The translations under genes were made by a program, and so were the position numbers. The notes beneath the pieces were generated by a model. That model saw nothing but the letters and a program-made list of their open reading frames with translations. It was not told the origin of the DNA and ran no database searches. Source: the human T2T-CHM13v2.0 reference genome, Homo sapiens. From it: a stretch of 64,000 nucleotides of DNA. This document shows, piece after piece, positions 13,381 through 27,451 of the stretch; within the stretch, counting starts at the first letter, position 1; each line of letters begins with the position of its first letter. Where the stretch lies: the NCBI RefSeq assembly GCF_009914755.1, contig NC_060934.1. One strand, 5' to 3'.

Positions 13381-14800
13381 GACAGAGCACATTTTTGTAT
13401 AAACAAACCTGAGTCAGACCATGTCTTATGAATTAACCCATACTGCACATTAAAAACTTTACTGGGTATGCTGGGATCATTAATTCATGACAGGTCACCA
13501 TAGAGAAGAAATTCCCTTGTCCTATACAGATGATCAGGTAGAAAAACACAAAAATGTCAGGGTGGCAGCAACATATTTGGTTTCCCTGATGGAGCTGTAT
13601 CTGAACAGTCAATCCCAGGCAGCAATAACCAACACTCCAAGATATTTCTTATGCTGCACTTTGAGTCCCAGAGAAAGACTGAATGCCTTTGAGGGATGAA
13701 AACCTAACACACGGGCACACAGCAGAAGATGAAGGATGACAGCCCAACCTCGGAGCACGATGGGTCTTCAGAATGACTCCCTCCCGACGCCGGGTGAAGC
13801 AGAGTCAATTACTTTTATAATTGCTGCCCCACTAATGCCGATGTCCTAATGAGATCAAAACCATTACACTTTCCTTTCATCTGTTCCCGCATTCTCGGAA
13901 GTGGGGGGTAAGAGGTATTTGTTTGCCATAAGAAACTCTTAGCAAATTAAAAGGATCTTGATAATGAGATAAATAAAAGCTTCTCCTAAATGCAGGCGGC
14001 TGTGGTTTGCTTTTTTCCATTTACGTTCCATTGGAAGGGAGAGAAGCCTGATTGTTCATATTTTGTCTACAAGGATTGAGGAACCCCTCTGCCATTTCAG
14101 GTCACTGTTTTTCTGGAAGTCTGATGGAAATAAAGGATTGAGTCTCTCAAATTCAAAGCAGTTTGACCTTCTCTTCTGTGGAATTGGTGTGCCACATTTA
14201 AAGACCAGGACCAGCCCAGTGGCAAATATGTGCATTTAGCAGGCTCCTCTGTTTTAGCTATGTGTTCTATGTGCAATGGAGTTTACAACGTGAAATGATG
14301 AGCTATGTAGATTTCAGCAAATTATGAGCAGGTAGTTTCTGGCTGGATGCCATCAAAGTTTTTTTTAAAAAGGGTATGATTCTTTTAACTAACATGTTGC
14401 ATTTGGGGGAAGTTGATTTTATGCTTTAAAGCAGAATGAATTATTCTCACTTACAAATACCTTCAAAATCATCCAGGGGTATTTAAAGTATTGTTTCAGA
14501 GTTCATCTTGACTTGATCCACAACTGATTTTGAACGCTGCTTCAAAACTGAAATGCAGAAAGGAAGTAGGAAAGACTGCCTGTCATTTCAGATTATTTTC
14601 TGTAAAAATGCTAATTAAAGCAGTGGGTCAGATCTTGCAATGTCAAAGAGATGTGCCATTTCCTTTCCTTGGAAACAATAATGTACTCCTGGCTGCTACG
14701 TAAGTACAAATCTGACAACTGCCAGGAAAGGGCAGAAAAACCACATGCTTACAAGATCCCACTTGCTTGGTATTAGGATGAAAACCAGGGGAGAATACAC

Positions 14801-14974
14801 CTGTTACTGATGAGAGTGGCTCCACTGCAGTGGCCTCGAATGCTGTTCAATGCTGAGTAGCTCAGGACCTGCCCAGGATTCACATAATCCCTGTGAACCT
14901 TATTCACTATTCGGTCGTAGGCGGGAGAAGTGTACATCCCGAAAGAACAACGTAATTTGCGTTCACATTTTTTC
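14801..14974 (-). other. Candidate 174-nt exon; peptide resembles a decayed trypsin-family protease N-terminus
   Basis: Minus-strand acceptor ttttaccatag|G and donor CAG|gtgtat; one open frame KKCERK...AYDRIVN...PGQV...HCSGATLISN. Confidence 0.25.
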
Positions 14975-16178
14975 CTATGGTAAAACATAAATTTCCCACC
15001 AATCTCATATTGCATTTTTTGTTTCCATTTCCAATCATGTTTTCCCACAATTAGTAGATATTAATAGGATTGTGGTTGTATATTAATGATACCCTGTTTT
15101 TTTGAATGGTGATAATATTCACCATTCAAATTCACCATTGAATTGGTGATTTTTTTTCTCCTTGAATTGTTCTCTAATATATCCAAAAGGGCATTTTTCT
15201 CATTGATCTTTAAGATGTTTGCTTACATATTTTCAGAACTATAAGCATAGAACCATCATGAAACTTATAATATTTATGAGAAATCTGCCTTTCTTACTAT
15301 TTTCTTTCTTACATCCTATGAATTTTTATGGTCTGATATTCCATTTGTTCAAACTGAATTTATTTTGATAACTACAAATTACTAAAACCTAATTTTCAGT
15401 AATAAGTTATTTCACAAATATGTATTAGTTACACATTAGGGATAGTTGTGCACTTGGAAGAAGACATGATTCGTCTGAATTGGCTTTAACGACTGAGCCG
15501 TCAATGGTCCATTTTCTATGAGAATAATCCTGTTGCTGGCTCATTTTGCGGGCATTGAGAGCTTGGGCTTTGTGATAGAATGAGCTAAAGGCAGGAATAA
15601 CTTACAGCAGAATGTAACCGACCAGGGCACCAGACTGGGTGTGGGCTCTGCCAGCCTCCCTGGCAAGTGGGCTGGGTTTTGCGCTCCCTCGTGTCGTTGG
15701 TGGCCACAGTTTCAAATCTGCTTGCTGTTTTCTCCTTAGGTGATTTCTCTGTTTACTCGTGTTCCTCACACCTTAGAAGGAATTTGCTTGTTTTTGTTTT
15801 CTTCTCTTTCATTTACAAGTAGGAGTACTGATCTTACTCTCCTCTTACAGAGCTTGCATGATGATGCCGCACACTGAAATGCTGAAATTCAGGAATGTTT
15901 TTTAATATGATGTCAAATAAATAGATATGAAAATACAGGCGGGAGTGGGTATGAACATCTTCAAGTCATTTCTAGATGTTTACTTTGGTCTTGGCTTGTG
16001 AGTGTGCCCTTCTGCACATTTCAAAAGAGTCCAAAACTTTTGTAAGTTTTAGCGTAAATACCAGATCCCAATGATTTTGTGCATATCTGTAATACAATAC
16101 TTCAAAATACATTATCATTAATTGTCTATAAATATATCTTTCTTACTATAGTGCCCTCCTTAAAGGTACTCCTACTTC

Positions 16179-16210
16179 GTATGTATGTATGTATGTATGT
16201 ATGTATGTAT
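16179..16210 (+). repeat. (GTAT)n microsatellite
   Basis: 8 tandem GTAT. Confidence 0.95.
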
Positions 16211-17139
16211 TCCATAGCCCAGCACCTTGCAACATAGCTGATAATCAACACATTAAATGTTGCTCAGTTGGGGATTGTCTTAGAAAGCACTCTGGAAGAG
16301 ATAAAATACACTGCTTATTTCACATCATTAATAAATATGTTCACTCTGCTTAACACATTGTTTTGATTGTAGATATGGTTTTCCATGGATTCAACACTGT
16401 GGATATTAACTGGATTTCTAACATTTTCAAAAGACTTTTGATTATTAAAAATATTGTTTATGCAATTTGGTGAACTTTTCTCACGCCCACAGGCCATGAC
16501 TAATTGTACATTTTAAAACAATGACCAAGAGAAGTGGAAGATGCCTGGGAGCAGAAGATGAGTACTTCGTGCACACGGTTCCTGCCACCAGCTCCCAAAG
16601 ACTTGACCACAAATTTAATAGTGTTTTTAAATTTTTATCTCATACACGCAAACATGCACACAAGTGACAAGTCATGCAGAAAGTCAACCAACTCTAATTA
16701 ACCATAATTTTATGATAAAGAAACGTAAAGTAAAATAAACATAATAGAAACGAATTAATCAAGAAAAAGGACATCCATAATATTCCAGCAAGACTTTCTG
16801 TAAAATCAACAGTATCTCAAAATACTATACAAAATGGTGAATGATTTCCAAACAATTAAATTTCTAAAATGATAATTAGTCTCCCCTTTAGTCTAAAAGA
16901 TTTTCATTTATGTATAGATCATTCTTCTGTACAGTGCTGTTCTGACACTATGCCATTCCTGCACTCAACACCATCTTTGCAACAGGAATATCAGCCTTAT
17001 TTTTAATGACGTCCTTACATATTTCCCATGCCCCAGTCATCCTGGGACATGGTCCATAGGTTCTCTATATCCATGTATTTATTCAGCTTTTTTTCTCTGC
17101 CTGAAAGTTTTAATCCTGACCACTTTCTCCCTTTCATTT

Positions 17140-17729
17140 TGTAAAAAGTAAAGTAGAGGTTCCTCTTCAAAGACTTTCCTCCCCATCTAATTAGGAATAA
17201 ATAGTAACTTCTCTTAGAAGCAAAATTTATTCAAACACCTGTGCTGACATTCTTAAATATCTGCTAGCTGTAATAAAGAAATCAATGTACTTTATGTTCT
17301 TAGTTTCCAAAATGTAGCCCAAATATTTGCCCTGGCATGCTTATACTGGTCCAAGCAAGCATTAGGTCATAGCCTGTTCCTCTTCCTTATTTGAAGGTGT
17401 TTTTACCTTTCTCAGCATTCCACCAGTTACTTCCTCCTTCCTTTGTTCTCCTCTGCCTTTGCCTCCTTTAAAAGTTCTAAGCTGCTAGCCAATCGGGACA
17501 AATACAGAATGTGAGGTCCCATTCCAGCCAATGGAAACCCGACACAGCAGTAGGGTGGCTGCGTCAGGTTATAAATGACCCTGTCTCCTTTGTTTGGTGT
17601 ACTCTCGTGGCAAAACTGCTGGTGAGTGTTCCCTTCCTGCAGAAAGTATAAAAATGGGCTTGCTGAGGAAGTTAAATTTATGTACAAGTGCTATTTCTTT
17701 ACGGCACCGGGGAACAAGCATTTCAAACA
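17140..17729 (+). mobile_element. ERV1 solo LTR, LTR10C-like (HERV-I group)
   Basis: TG...CA termini, perfect 4-bp TSD ATTT (17136-17139 / 17730-17733), start TGTAAAAAGTAAAGTAGAGGTTCCTCTTCAAAGAC. Confidence 0.85.
17333..17630 (+). promoter_or_regulatory. LTR promoter module: three adjacent p53 half-sites, two CCAAT boxes, TATA box, 5' splice site
   Basis: TGGCATGCTT-ATACTGGTCC-AAGCAAGCAT (17333-17362); CCAAT at 17489 and 17528; TATAAA at 17570; CTG|GTGAGT at 17621/17622. Confidence 0.5.
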
Positions 17730-18215
17730 ATTTTCATCTATATTCTTCCAGAACAACATTTATCCATCAAGATTGCCTTAAATACCGCTGCAACATTTCC
17801 TTTTATAAAGCTATCTTGAAAAATTCTCTATATGATCTGTTCTTTCTTGGGTCACCTATCTTCATATGGTTTCTCATATGCTTCCCACATCCAGTATTTT
17901 CCTTGACCTTTTCTAATGAAGCATTAATGTTTGAATGAGTTATATATCCACATGTTCAAAATATAAAAGATACAAATAAATATGCACTGAAAATCCTCAT
18001 GAGAACACATGCCCCCTGCCAGAAAGTCTCTTCTCCAGATAAAATTGATGTTTTTAATGACCTCATATTCTTCCACATGCTTTGTACTTTATGCACATCT
18101 AACAAAACATGAAAAGTTAGTATTTCTCTTGTGTCTTTACACAAATGGTAGCATATTATACTTTAACTTTGCTTTTGGTTCATTTAACAATGCACATCAG
18201 AAAATGTTCTATGTT

Positions 18216-18481
<266 letters not shown>

Positions 18482-18553
18482 GTTCTGTGTTGATAACTTT
18501 TTTCTTCATATTTTTGCCACTGAAGAATGTTGTAGCTGTCTGCCTGCCTACAA

Positions 18554-18680
18554 CTATCTATCTATCTATCTATCTATCATCTATCTACCTATCTCTATCA
18601 GTCATCTATCTATCCATCCATCTATGAATTCATCCATACTTCAATTTAACCATCCATCTATTCATCCATCCGTTTATCTC
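18554..18680 (+). repeat. (TATC)n/(CATC)n compound microsatellite
   Basis: Visible tetranucleotide runs. Confidence 0.9.
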
Positions 18681-19139
18681 ATCTCTCTTTCTATTACCTA
18701 TTTATTTCTTTATTAGTCTCTTGATTGTCTGCATTTGTTTTATTTCCAATATTTTTCTAGCACAATGTTGCAATGAAAATTCTTCTATAAAAATATTTCC
18801 ATGTAGATGATTGATATATGTGTAAATATATAAGACAAATGCTTAGAAGTCAAGTTGCTGGTTCAAATGGTATTTTCATTTTTCATTAATTTGTTTTTTA
18901 TTAAATTTAAATAAAATGTGTATATGGTGAAAAATTCAAAAGAAATAAGATAAAATAGTGAAAATATAAATCTAATTTATAAAGTATTTCTTCAGCCATC
19001 TAATTTTGCTTTGTAATACAATTAATGCTAACAGATTATCCTATCCTGTCATAAATATTGTATGCATATATAAACGTATATATCTATAAGAGAGTTTATT
19101 TTATCTGAACATCCCTTTGTTTTCTTCTATATTCTACAG

Positions 19140-19193
19140 AGATCAGAATGTTTTTGCCACAAAGTTGATTCAGAAATAACCCCAAGTTTCATG
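19140..19193 (+). other. Candidate 54-nt internal exon (non-coding or unknown transcript)
   Basis: Long pyrimidine tract ccctttgttttcttctatattctacag| and donor ATG|gtaagc. Confidence 0.35.
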
Positions 19194-19857
19194 GTAAGCA
19201 CTGAAATTCATAGGCATCCAACAGAAGAATTCTGAGATTGAAATAATGGTCCTATTTGTTTTCATCATGACTCTCAGTTGTCTTGGGAGGAAGCACAGTT
19301 AGGATACAGGTTTCTGCACTGTTCGTGGCCAACAATTTCCATACTTATTCCAGTTTGGACTGGTCGCCCACTGCCTGCTGCCTATGGTAGCCATTTTCAA
19401 ATCCCCTGCATCGCCATCTTGGGTTTCCTCTCTTCTCCTTCCTGTGAGAATCTTCTGTTTTCCCTGTACCTTATATATATATATTTTTCATGATTTATGC
19501 CTTCATTTCTGTGAAGGACATCCTCAGGTAGTTTCTGGTAATAGATGTACGGGGATTTTTTATTTTTAATTCATTAATAATGGTAGTGTCTTCACTGTAT
19601 CTTCTCATTTGACTAGGAGTTTGTCTGAATTCTAACTTAGAAATATTTTTTCTTCAGTGTTATGAAATCATTTCTTCAATGTTTTCTAATCTCTAGTGTT
19701 GTTTTTGAGAAATCTAAAGGTATTCTAATGCCTATTTCCTGAGGTAAGAACCTCTTCTTTTTGGACTACTTAATTGAATCCCTCCTTCCCATCTTCTCTC
19801 TTATTTTTTTTCTGTCTGAGACTCCTGTTATTACTGTAGTAAGACTTTTAGGATTAG

Positions 19858-20639
<782 letters not shown>

Positions 20640-21112
20640 TAATTCTTTATTTATAAATAAAAAAGATGAAATCAGCTGCTATTTGGAAGTTCTGAGCCAG
20701 AGATGGGTTTTCTGAACATTGAGCTTGGTCATGAGATGGATTGTTTGCTGTGGAGGACACAATGTCATGTCTTTATTTTTTCTCTTTGGCAGTTGAGATT
20801 TTTCATAAAACTGTCATCTCATCTTTGTCTGAAAAGTAGGAATTCATCTAACTGTGCCCTGGGACTAGCTCTGGAAAGACCACTAGCAGCCAGCATCTGG
20901 TGTGCAGAGGTTGGTCTGCTTCTCATTTGCAAAATGGCAGCTGTGCCCTCAGCCTCGGTGGCTTCTGCCTGTCTGAGAACCTCCGTGACTCCCTCTCACA
21001 GAGTCAACCTGAGCATATTGGAGTGAAACAGAACAGGTGCAGCCACTGGATACCTGGAGATGGCGAAAACAATCTGGGGGCTGAACGGCTTCACAGGAAG
21101 AGTCCATGTCCT

Positions 21113-21662
21113 TGTCCTAGTCAGGGTTCTGCAGAGAAGCAGAAGCCATATGATGTGTCTGTGCGGGCATGCGTGTGAGTGTGTATATGTAATAAGGGAT
21201 TGGCTCTCATGACCATGGAGGAGACCATGTCATCTGCAGTCAGCAACGTGAAGACCCAGGAGAGCCAATGATTTAGGACCAGTCTGAGTCTGAAGGCCCA
21301 AAGACCAGGAGAGCTGATGGTTTTGTTCTAGTCCAAAGGCTGGCAAACTCAAGACATAAGATCCAGTATTTCAGTTCAAGTCAAAGGCTGAAAAGTGCTG
21401 ACATCCCAGTTTAAAGGCCATCAGTTAACAGAGATCGCCCTTAATTGCGGAGATGTCAGCCCTTTATTCATATTTAGGTATTCAGCTGGTTAGATGAGGC
21501 CCACCTGCATCAGGGAGGCCAGCATGCTTTACTCGGTCCGCCAACTTAAATGTTAACCGCATCTAAAAACACCCACCCTGGCACCTCCAGAATAATGAAC
21601 GTTTGACCAAATATCTGGGCATCCTGTGGCCCAGCCAAGCTGACACATAATTAACCCTCACA
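21113..21662 (-). mobile_element. ERVL solo LTR (MLT2-type)
   Basis: TGTCCTAGTCAGGGTTCTGCAGAGAAGCAGAA...GGCCCAGCCAAGCTGACACATAATTAACCCTCACA. Confidence 0.8.
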
Positions 21663-21744
21663 GTCTACCTCTTCGATGCAGTCCTATTTTTCATCCCGAA
21701 TTCCAACAGCACTGGGGGTCCCTGCACCTTTTGAGAATCTGCAT

Positions 21745-22064
21745 GTATTTATTTATGTATGTATTTGTTTGTTTTTTTGTTTTCTGAGACAGAGTCTCAC
21801 TCTGTCACCCCAGCTGGAGTGCAGTGGTGCATGGCTTACTGCAGCCTGACCTCTCAGGCTCAAGCTATGCTCCCACTTCAGCTTCCTAAGTAGCTGGGAC
21901 CAAAGGCATGCATCACCATGCCCACCTAATTTTTTTATAATTTTTGTAGAGACAGGGTCTTGCCATGTTGCCTACGCTGGTCTTGAATTCCTGGGCTTGA
22001 GCGATCCACCCACCTTGGCCTCCCAAAGTCCCTGGATTACAGGTGTGAGCCAACGTGCCCAGGC
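21745..22064 (-). mobile_element. AluJ
   Basis: Antisense J-type Alu; TSD-like GAG(A/G)ATCTGCAT. Confidence 0.9.
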
Positions 22065-25000
22065 TTGAGGATCTGCATTTAAATCACATTGTTTTCCATC
22101 TTCCCTCACCATGAGCTTGTGGTGCCTATTTGGATCTGCTAGATGAATTTCTACTCAACTGTTTTATTTCCAGATTACAATATTGTTGAATGGCTTTCTG
22201 CTCCCCTGATGGTCACCTCTTTGTGGGTTTGCATATTTATTTTTAAATGCCTTTGCCATGGTACTGAGGACTTGGAAGAAGGATCTATTAGACACATTCA
22301 ATCTATTTCCACTTTCTGAACTCTAAAGTGTCTTTACTTAATAAACATAGTAACTTGCTCATTCAACGTATGAAGGTTAAATTAAGATGTAATATTATTT
22401 TATCTCTGCTGTATGTGCTCAAGAGATATTTAATTAATGGAATTTTGTGTATGCATGTATCTTAATTAACACAGGTATGAATTATGTGTGCTTACCTCTA
22501 CCTATAAATATCAATGCATTTGAGTATATGTGTAATATGTGGTAATATTCTTTTACATAAGTTGGTAAGTGTACCTACCATCATTCCCTTGGAAAACTGA
22601 TGGCTAAAATACTATAAAAGATAAGTATGTTTAAGTAGTTATAAGCAAAGTACATATGTATATATATGTAGAATAAATATTGTATTTTTCTGTTAGAATT
22701 GAAAATCTTAGGTTGTACTAGAGTCCTTCAATTTTTATGCTAAGTATTGGTTGTAACCTGAATATGATAGTAGTTAGCATGAACGCTGAAATCATAGTTT
22801 TGCCATTTGAAATATGACTGAGTGAGGTAATAGTGTTCTTTGGTGAGCATTTTGAGTTTTGTGCTTCACATCTGTAAACTGATAAAATCCTATTATGCCT
22901 TCCAGCTGTGATGCTTATACCGTGGGCTGCAGAATTATAAGATTAAACATTCTACATAAGCATTAAGAATCGTCTGCACCTCTGCAGGGCTATCCTAAGT
23001 TGTTATTAACTTCAGACATCTTTTCTCACCCAAAGCAAGCTCACACATCTTGGAAAGTGCTTGTCATTTTCATTTGTCTTATTTTTACTGTCCACCTTCT
23101 TTGTACCTCTGTACCTCCCTATGTGAAACTATTTCTGGTTATGGATCCTCTTCTAGAATTAGTTGATTAAATTATAGACTCTTATTCTGAATTCCTTGAC
23201 TACTGTCAAAACATATTTGTGTCAAGGTTTCAATCCCTGTCATCATCTGAGAAGCCTTGATTAGTTCACGTTGCAGACTTTCTGTTTATAATGAGAGCAT
23301 TTCTTAGCATCTTGACCTTTCAGATCATTTATATCAAAACTAATATTCCAGGGCTTTATGTTTTAATGAATATACAGTTGTCAACACTTTTCATCTTCTT
23401 TTTATACTCTAAATCATGCTACTTTCAGTAAGCTATTTCTTTCTAATTATTTTTTATGTTCAGATGGTAAAAAATAATGGAATTACTTACAGTTTTATTA
23501 TTGATACATAGGATTTGGTTTGCAAATGTATAATATGCAATGACAATGTATGGTAATATAAACTATATGTAAGTTACGAAGCATAATGATGGAAGATGTA
23601 TTCATGAACTCATCATACAAATTAAGAAATAAAATATTTGTTATATCACTAAACTACCCACGTGCTCCTTTTCAAATCCTATCCTCTCGTCTTAACTGGA
23701 GAAGACAGAATGATCTTGGATTTTGTTGTTGTTGTTTTTTTTCTCTTTGTTATTCTTTAGCTTTATCACAGAATATATCCCTACACATTCTACCATTTGG
23801 TTCTTGTATCTTTGATTTTATATAAATGGTATGCAGCCTTCTGCTATAGATGTAAAGTAACTTTTGATTAGTATTAGAAAGTGCCTGCTTTAATTTTAAT
23901 CACATATTCAGTGAGATAAAAGGTAAAATGTAGAATCTCAATGGAGAATTGGAAAGTATCAAAAGCAAACTAGATCGGAAAATGCAAACAAACAAACAAA
24001 AACAAAACAAAAAACAAACAAACAAAAAGCCATATTCGAGATTTAGACTTTGGTGTTTGATTTAAAGTTAGATTAGAGATCATTAGGAAAAGTGGAGCAA
24101 GGACCTCCAAAAACACTTCTTTCCATAAAAACAACAAGAACATTTCCCCAAAATTACCAAAATAAACTTTATTAAAACTCCAGAACATAACCAAAGGCTT
24201 ATACTCATCTGGAAGTACTTATATTGAAGAAAACCAGCTAACTCTGGGTAGAAGAGTGAGTTTTGTGATATTTTTACTTGCTCTATTCACATCACCCTCT
24301 GCTAGCTCCATGACAGCCTTGAAAATCAAATGCTGTGATCACAACTAGCAGCAAAGCAGCCACTCAAAGGCTTAGAACGGAACTTGGCCTTTTTCAAAGT
24401 CCCAATCTCAGACGACTGTCATCATCTGACCTGTCTGGACTTGCTGTAGAAAGTCTCATTTGTAAGGCTTGTCTTCCGTTCACCTGGTGCAGACATTGCC
24501 CAGGGTGAACAGCCTTTTCTCAGAGGGTGTTTGTCAAAAACACAAACAAACAAAAGTAACTGTTCAATAACATAGCTGCCTGAGATTGGGAGAACCCTTG
24601 AAACAAAAACAAGCTAAGTCGAAACCTTGAAAGTGAAATCTGGGGAAGAAGGTATTCCTGGGAGCTTTCAGAAGCTGCATTGGCTCCTGGGCATCCATAA
24701 GCCCAAGCACAAGCTTGGGTCTCTGCACATGGCCAGGGCTGTGCGATCTTCAGGGCAGGACAGAGAAGGACATACACACTCACTTCTGCTGAACCTGAAG
24801 GCTCTGCACAAACACGAAGTGAGGGCTGAGGCAGAGTTGTAAAGTAATGCACACCATGGCATGCCATAAAAACTTGTAAAAAGCCAAAGACAGAGAAAAT
24901 ACATTGAAAACAGCAAGAGAGAATCAACTCATTGCATACAACGAAGCCTCAATGAGATTACAGTTTATTTATCTTCAGAAACTATGGTGTCCAGAAGTCA

Positions 25001-25538
25001 GTAGGTTGATGTATTGAAAGCACAGAAGGAAAGAAAGAAAGAAAGAAAGAGGCCATTAACCAATAATTATCTGTGCAGCACAACTCTTTTCACAAATGGA
25101 GAAAACACATTGCAAGATAAAAGCAAAAACAAAAACAAAACAAAACGTAAATAATTAGTCATTTTATTAGTCTTGCAAGTAATAGTGAAGGTAGCTCTTC
25201 AGGCAGAAATAAAATGACCCTAGACAGTAACTCAAATCTACATGAAGAAACAAAGGGCACTGATGAAAGGAATTGCATAGTTAAGTAAAAAAGACAATAT
25301 AAATATATTTTTTGTTAATGACATTATCTCTCTTGTTTGATTTGAAAAAAATTAGATAAAGTAATAATTATAAGACTGCACTGATGGGGTACAAAAGATA
25401 AAATATATATTATTTTTATGGAAAATAATAAAAATAAATTTAAGGGAAAGGAGCCTTATGAAGAGAGACTAAAATAATCTCAATAAAACACTGGTAAATA
25501 GAATTCGGCAGCATATTTAAAAGACTATAGAGCATGAT

Positions 25539-25944
25539 AGCTATGGTTTCAACTTTTAAGTTTCCTTAAAAGTTTATGTGTTGAAAACCTAATCCCCAAT
25601 GCAGCAGTGTTGATATCTGTGGTCTTTAAGAGGTGATTAGGTCATGAAAGCCAAGTCCTCATGAATGACTTAAAGCCATTATTACAGCCATGGGTTAGTG
25701 ATTGTGAGAGTGGGTTTGTAATAAAAGCAGCCCCCTATTGTTCTTTCTGTCCCATGTCTTGCTTCTGCCTTTCCACCTTCCACCATGTAACTAGGCAACA
25801 AGAAGACCCTCACCAGATGTCTGGGCAGATGCTGGTGCCATGCTGTTGGACTTCACAGCCTCCAGAAGCCAAATAAATCTCTATTCTCTATAAATTACCC
25901 AGTCTATGGTATTCTGTTATAGTATCAGAAAACAGTCTAAGAAA
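25539..25944 (+). mobile_element. MaLR solo LTR (MST-type) inserted in L1 ORF2
   Basis: GCTATGGTTT...CCTAATCCCCAATG...AATAAATCTCTATTCTCTATAAATTACCCAGTCTATGGTATTCTGTTATAG; TSD-like ATGAT/ATGAC. Confidence 0.85.
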
Positions 25945-27381
25945 ATGACCAAGTGAGACTTTCCCCAAAACTGCAAGGTTGGTTTCCTGTTAGAAAATTA
26001 ATTGAAGTAATGTATTTTATCAAGAAAACAAAAGCCCAAAATTACATAATCATCTCTATAGACACAGAAAAAAAATCTGTTAAAATCCAACACCCATTTA
26101 TGATGAAAATACTCAACAACCAAGAATGGAATAGAGCCCCTCAAACTGATAAAGGGTATCTCAAAATACCCATATCTAATGTTATTCTTAGTCATGAGAG
26201 CCCCTTGGGGGTCAACAATAAGACAGAAATGCCCTGTCTTACAATTTATACTCAAATTCTACTTGATTTCTAGCAAGGGCAAGTAGTCAAGTAAAGCATC
26301 CAGATTGACAGTAAAGAAGTAAATCCATGTCTATTTGCAAGGACAATCTAATTTATAAAACATCATAATGAATCCACAAAAAAAACCTTTAAAGTTAATA
26401 AATACAACCAGCAGGATTGTAGCCTACAAGATCAGTATAAAAAATCAATTGTAACTTTATTTAAAATAGCATCCAAAATGAAACATTTTAAAATAAATTT
26501 AACAAAAGAAGTGAATATGTGTACAGTGAAGGCTGCAAAGCATCACTGAAATAAATTAAAAACCCAATTGAATGGAATCTAGTCTATGCTCACTGATTGG
26601 AATTTCTATATTGTTTAGATGACAATATGCTCCAAGATGATGTACAGATTGAATACAATTACTATTGAAACCTACCTTTGTTTTTGCATTAAGTAATAAA
26701 ATGATCCTAAAATTCACATGGAAAATTGAGGTACCCCAAAACCAAAAAAAAAAAGAAAACTTAAAAAATAATAATTTTGGAGAACTTCTAAGTTCTTATT
26801 TCAATACTTACTATGAAGATAAAGGTAGACAGAATAAACAATAAAAGAGGAAGATAATCTTGATTGTCTCTAAGCTAATATTTTGAATTTAAATGAAATG
26901 TTCAAGTACCCAGAAAAAATGGAAAATCAGCAAAGCTGACTGAGAAATAGAAAATCTGAAAGGCCTAAAAATTGCAGTGCAATTTAAGCTTTATTTAAAA
27001 ACATTCCAATGAAGAAATTCCCCCAAACTGTAATTCAACATGGTTTACAAAATATTAAGTAATTCCAAATTTAGAAAACTCTTTCCAAAATTAAAATACA
27101 GAATACTAATGATCTTGTCATGAGACCAGTATTGCCTTCATATGAAAATCAAAGCAATGAAAATATAAAAATATTATCCTCCCCAAATAGATTACTTACA
27201 ACTCTAATGCAAATCTCAGTAGATTACCCTGTACAATTTGATAAGAAAATGCTAAAATTTCCACGAGGATGAAAAGGTCGGAAATAGACAAATTTTAAAG
27301 AAGGAGCAAATTGTGGAATAATTTGTTTTACTGGATACCAAGATTTTTATAGTTATAGCAATTAAGATAATATGGTGTTTT

Positions 27382-27451
27382 GATATAGAGAAGATTAGCA
27401 TGGCCCCAACGCAAGGATGACATGCAAATTTGTGAAGCGTTCCATGTTTTT
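27382..27451 (+). pseudogene. RNU6: 5'-truncated U6 snRNA retropseudogene (part of a chimeric insertion)
   Basis: GATATAGAGAAGATTAGCATGGCCCCAACGCAAGGATGACATGCAAATTTGTGAAGCGTTCCATGTTTTT matches the 3' two-thirds of U6 with a few substitutions. Confidence 0.95.

Noticed and set aside
25953-26273. Reverse-transcriptase-like ORF
   Set aside because: Short decayed L1 ORF2 fragment; not a functional RT or a retron-like system.
27382-27451. Functional U6 gene
   Set aside because: Lacks the 5' stem-loop and upstream PSE/TATA, the ACAGAGA box is mutated (ATAGAGA), and it is TSD-flanked.
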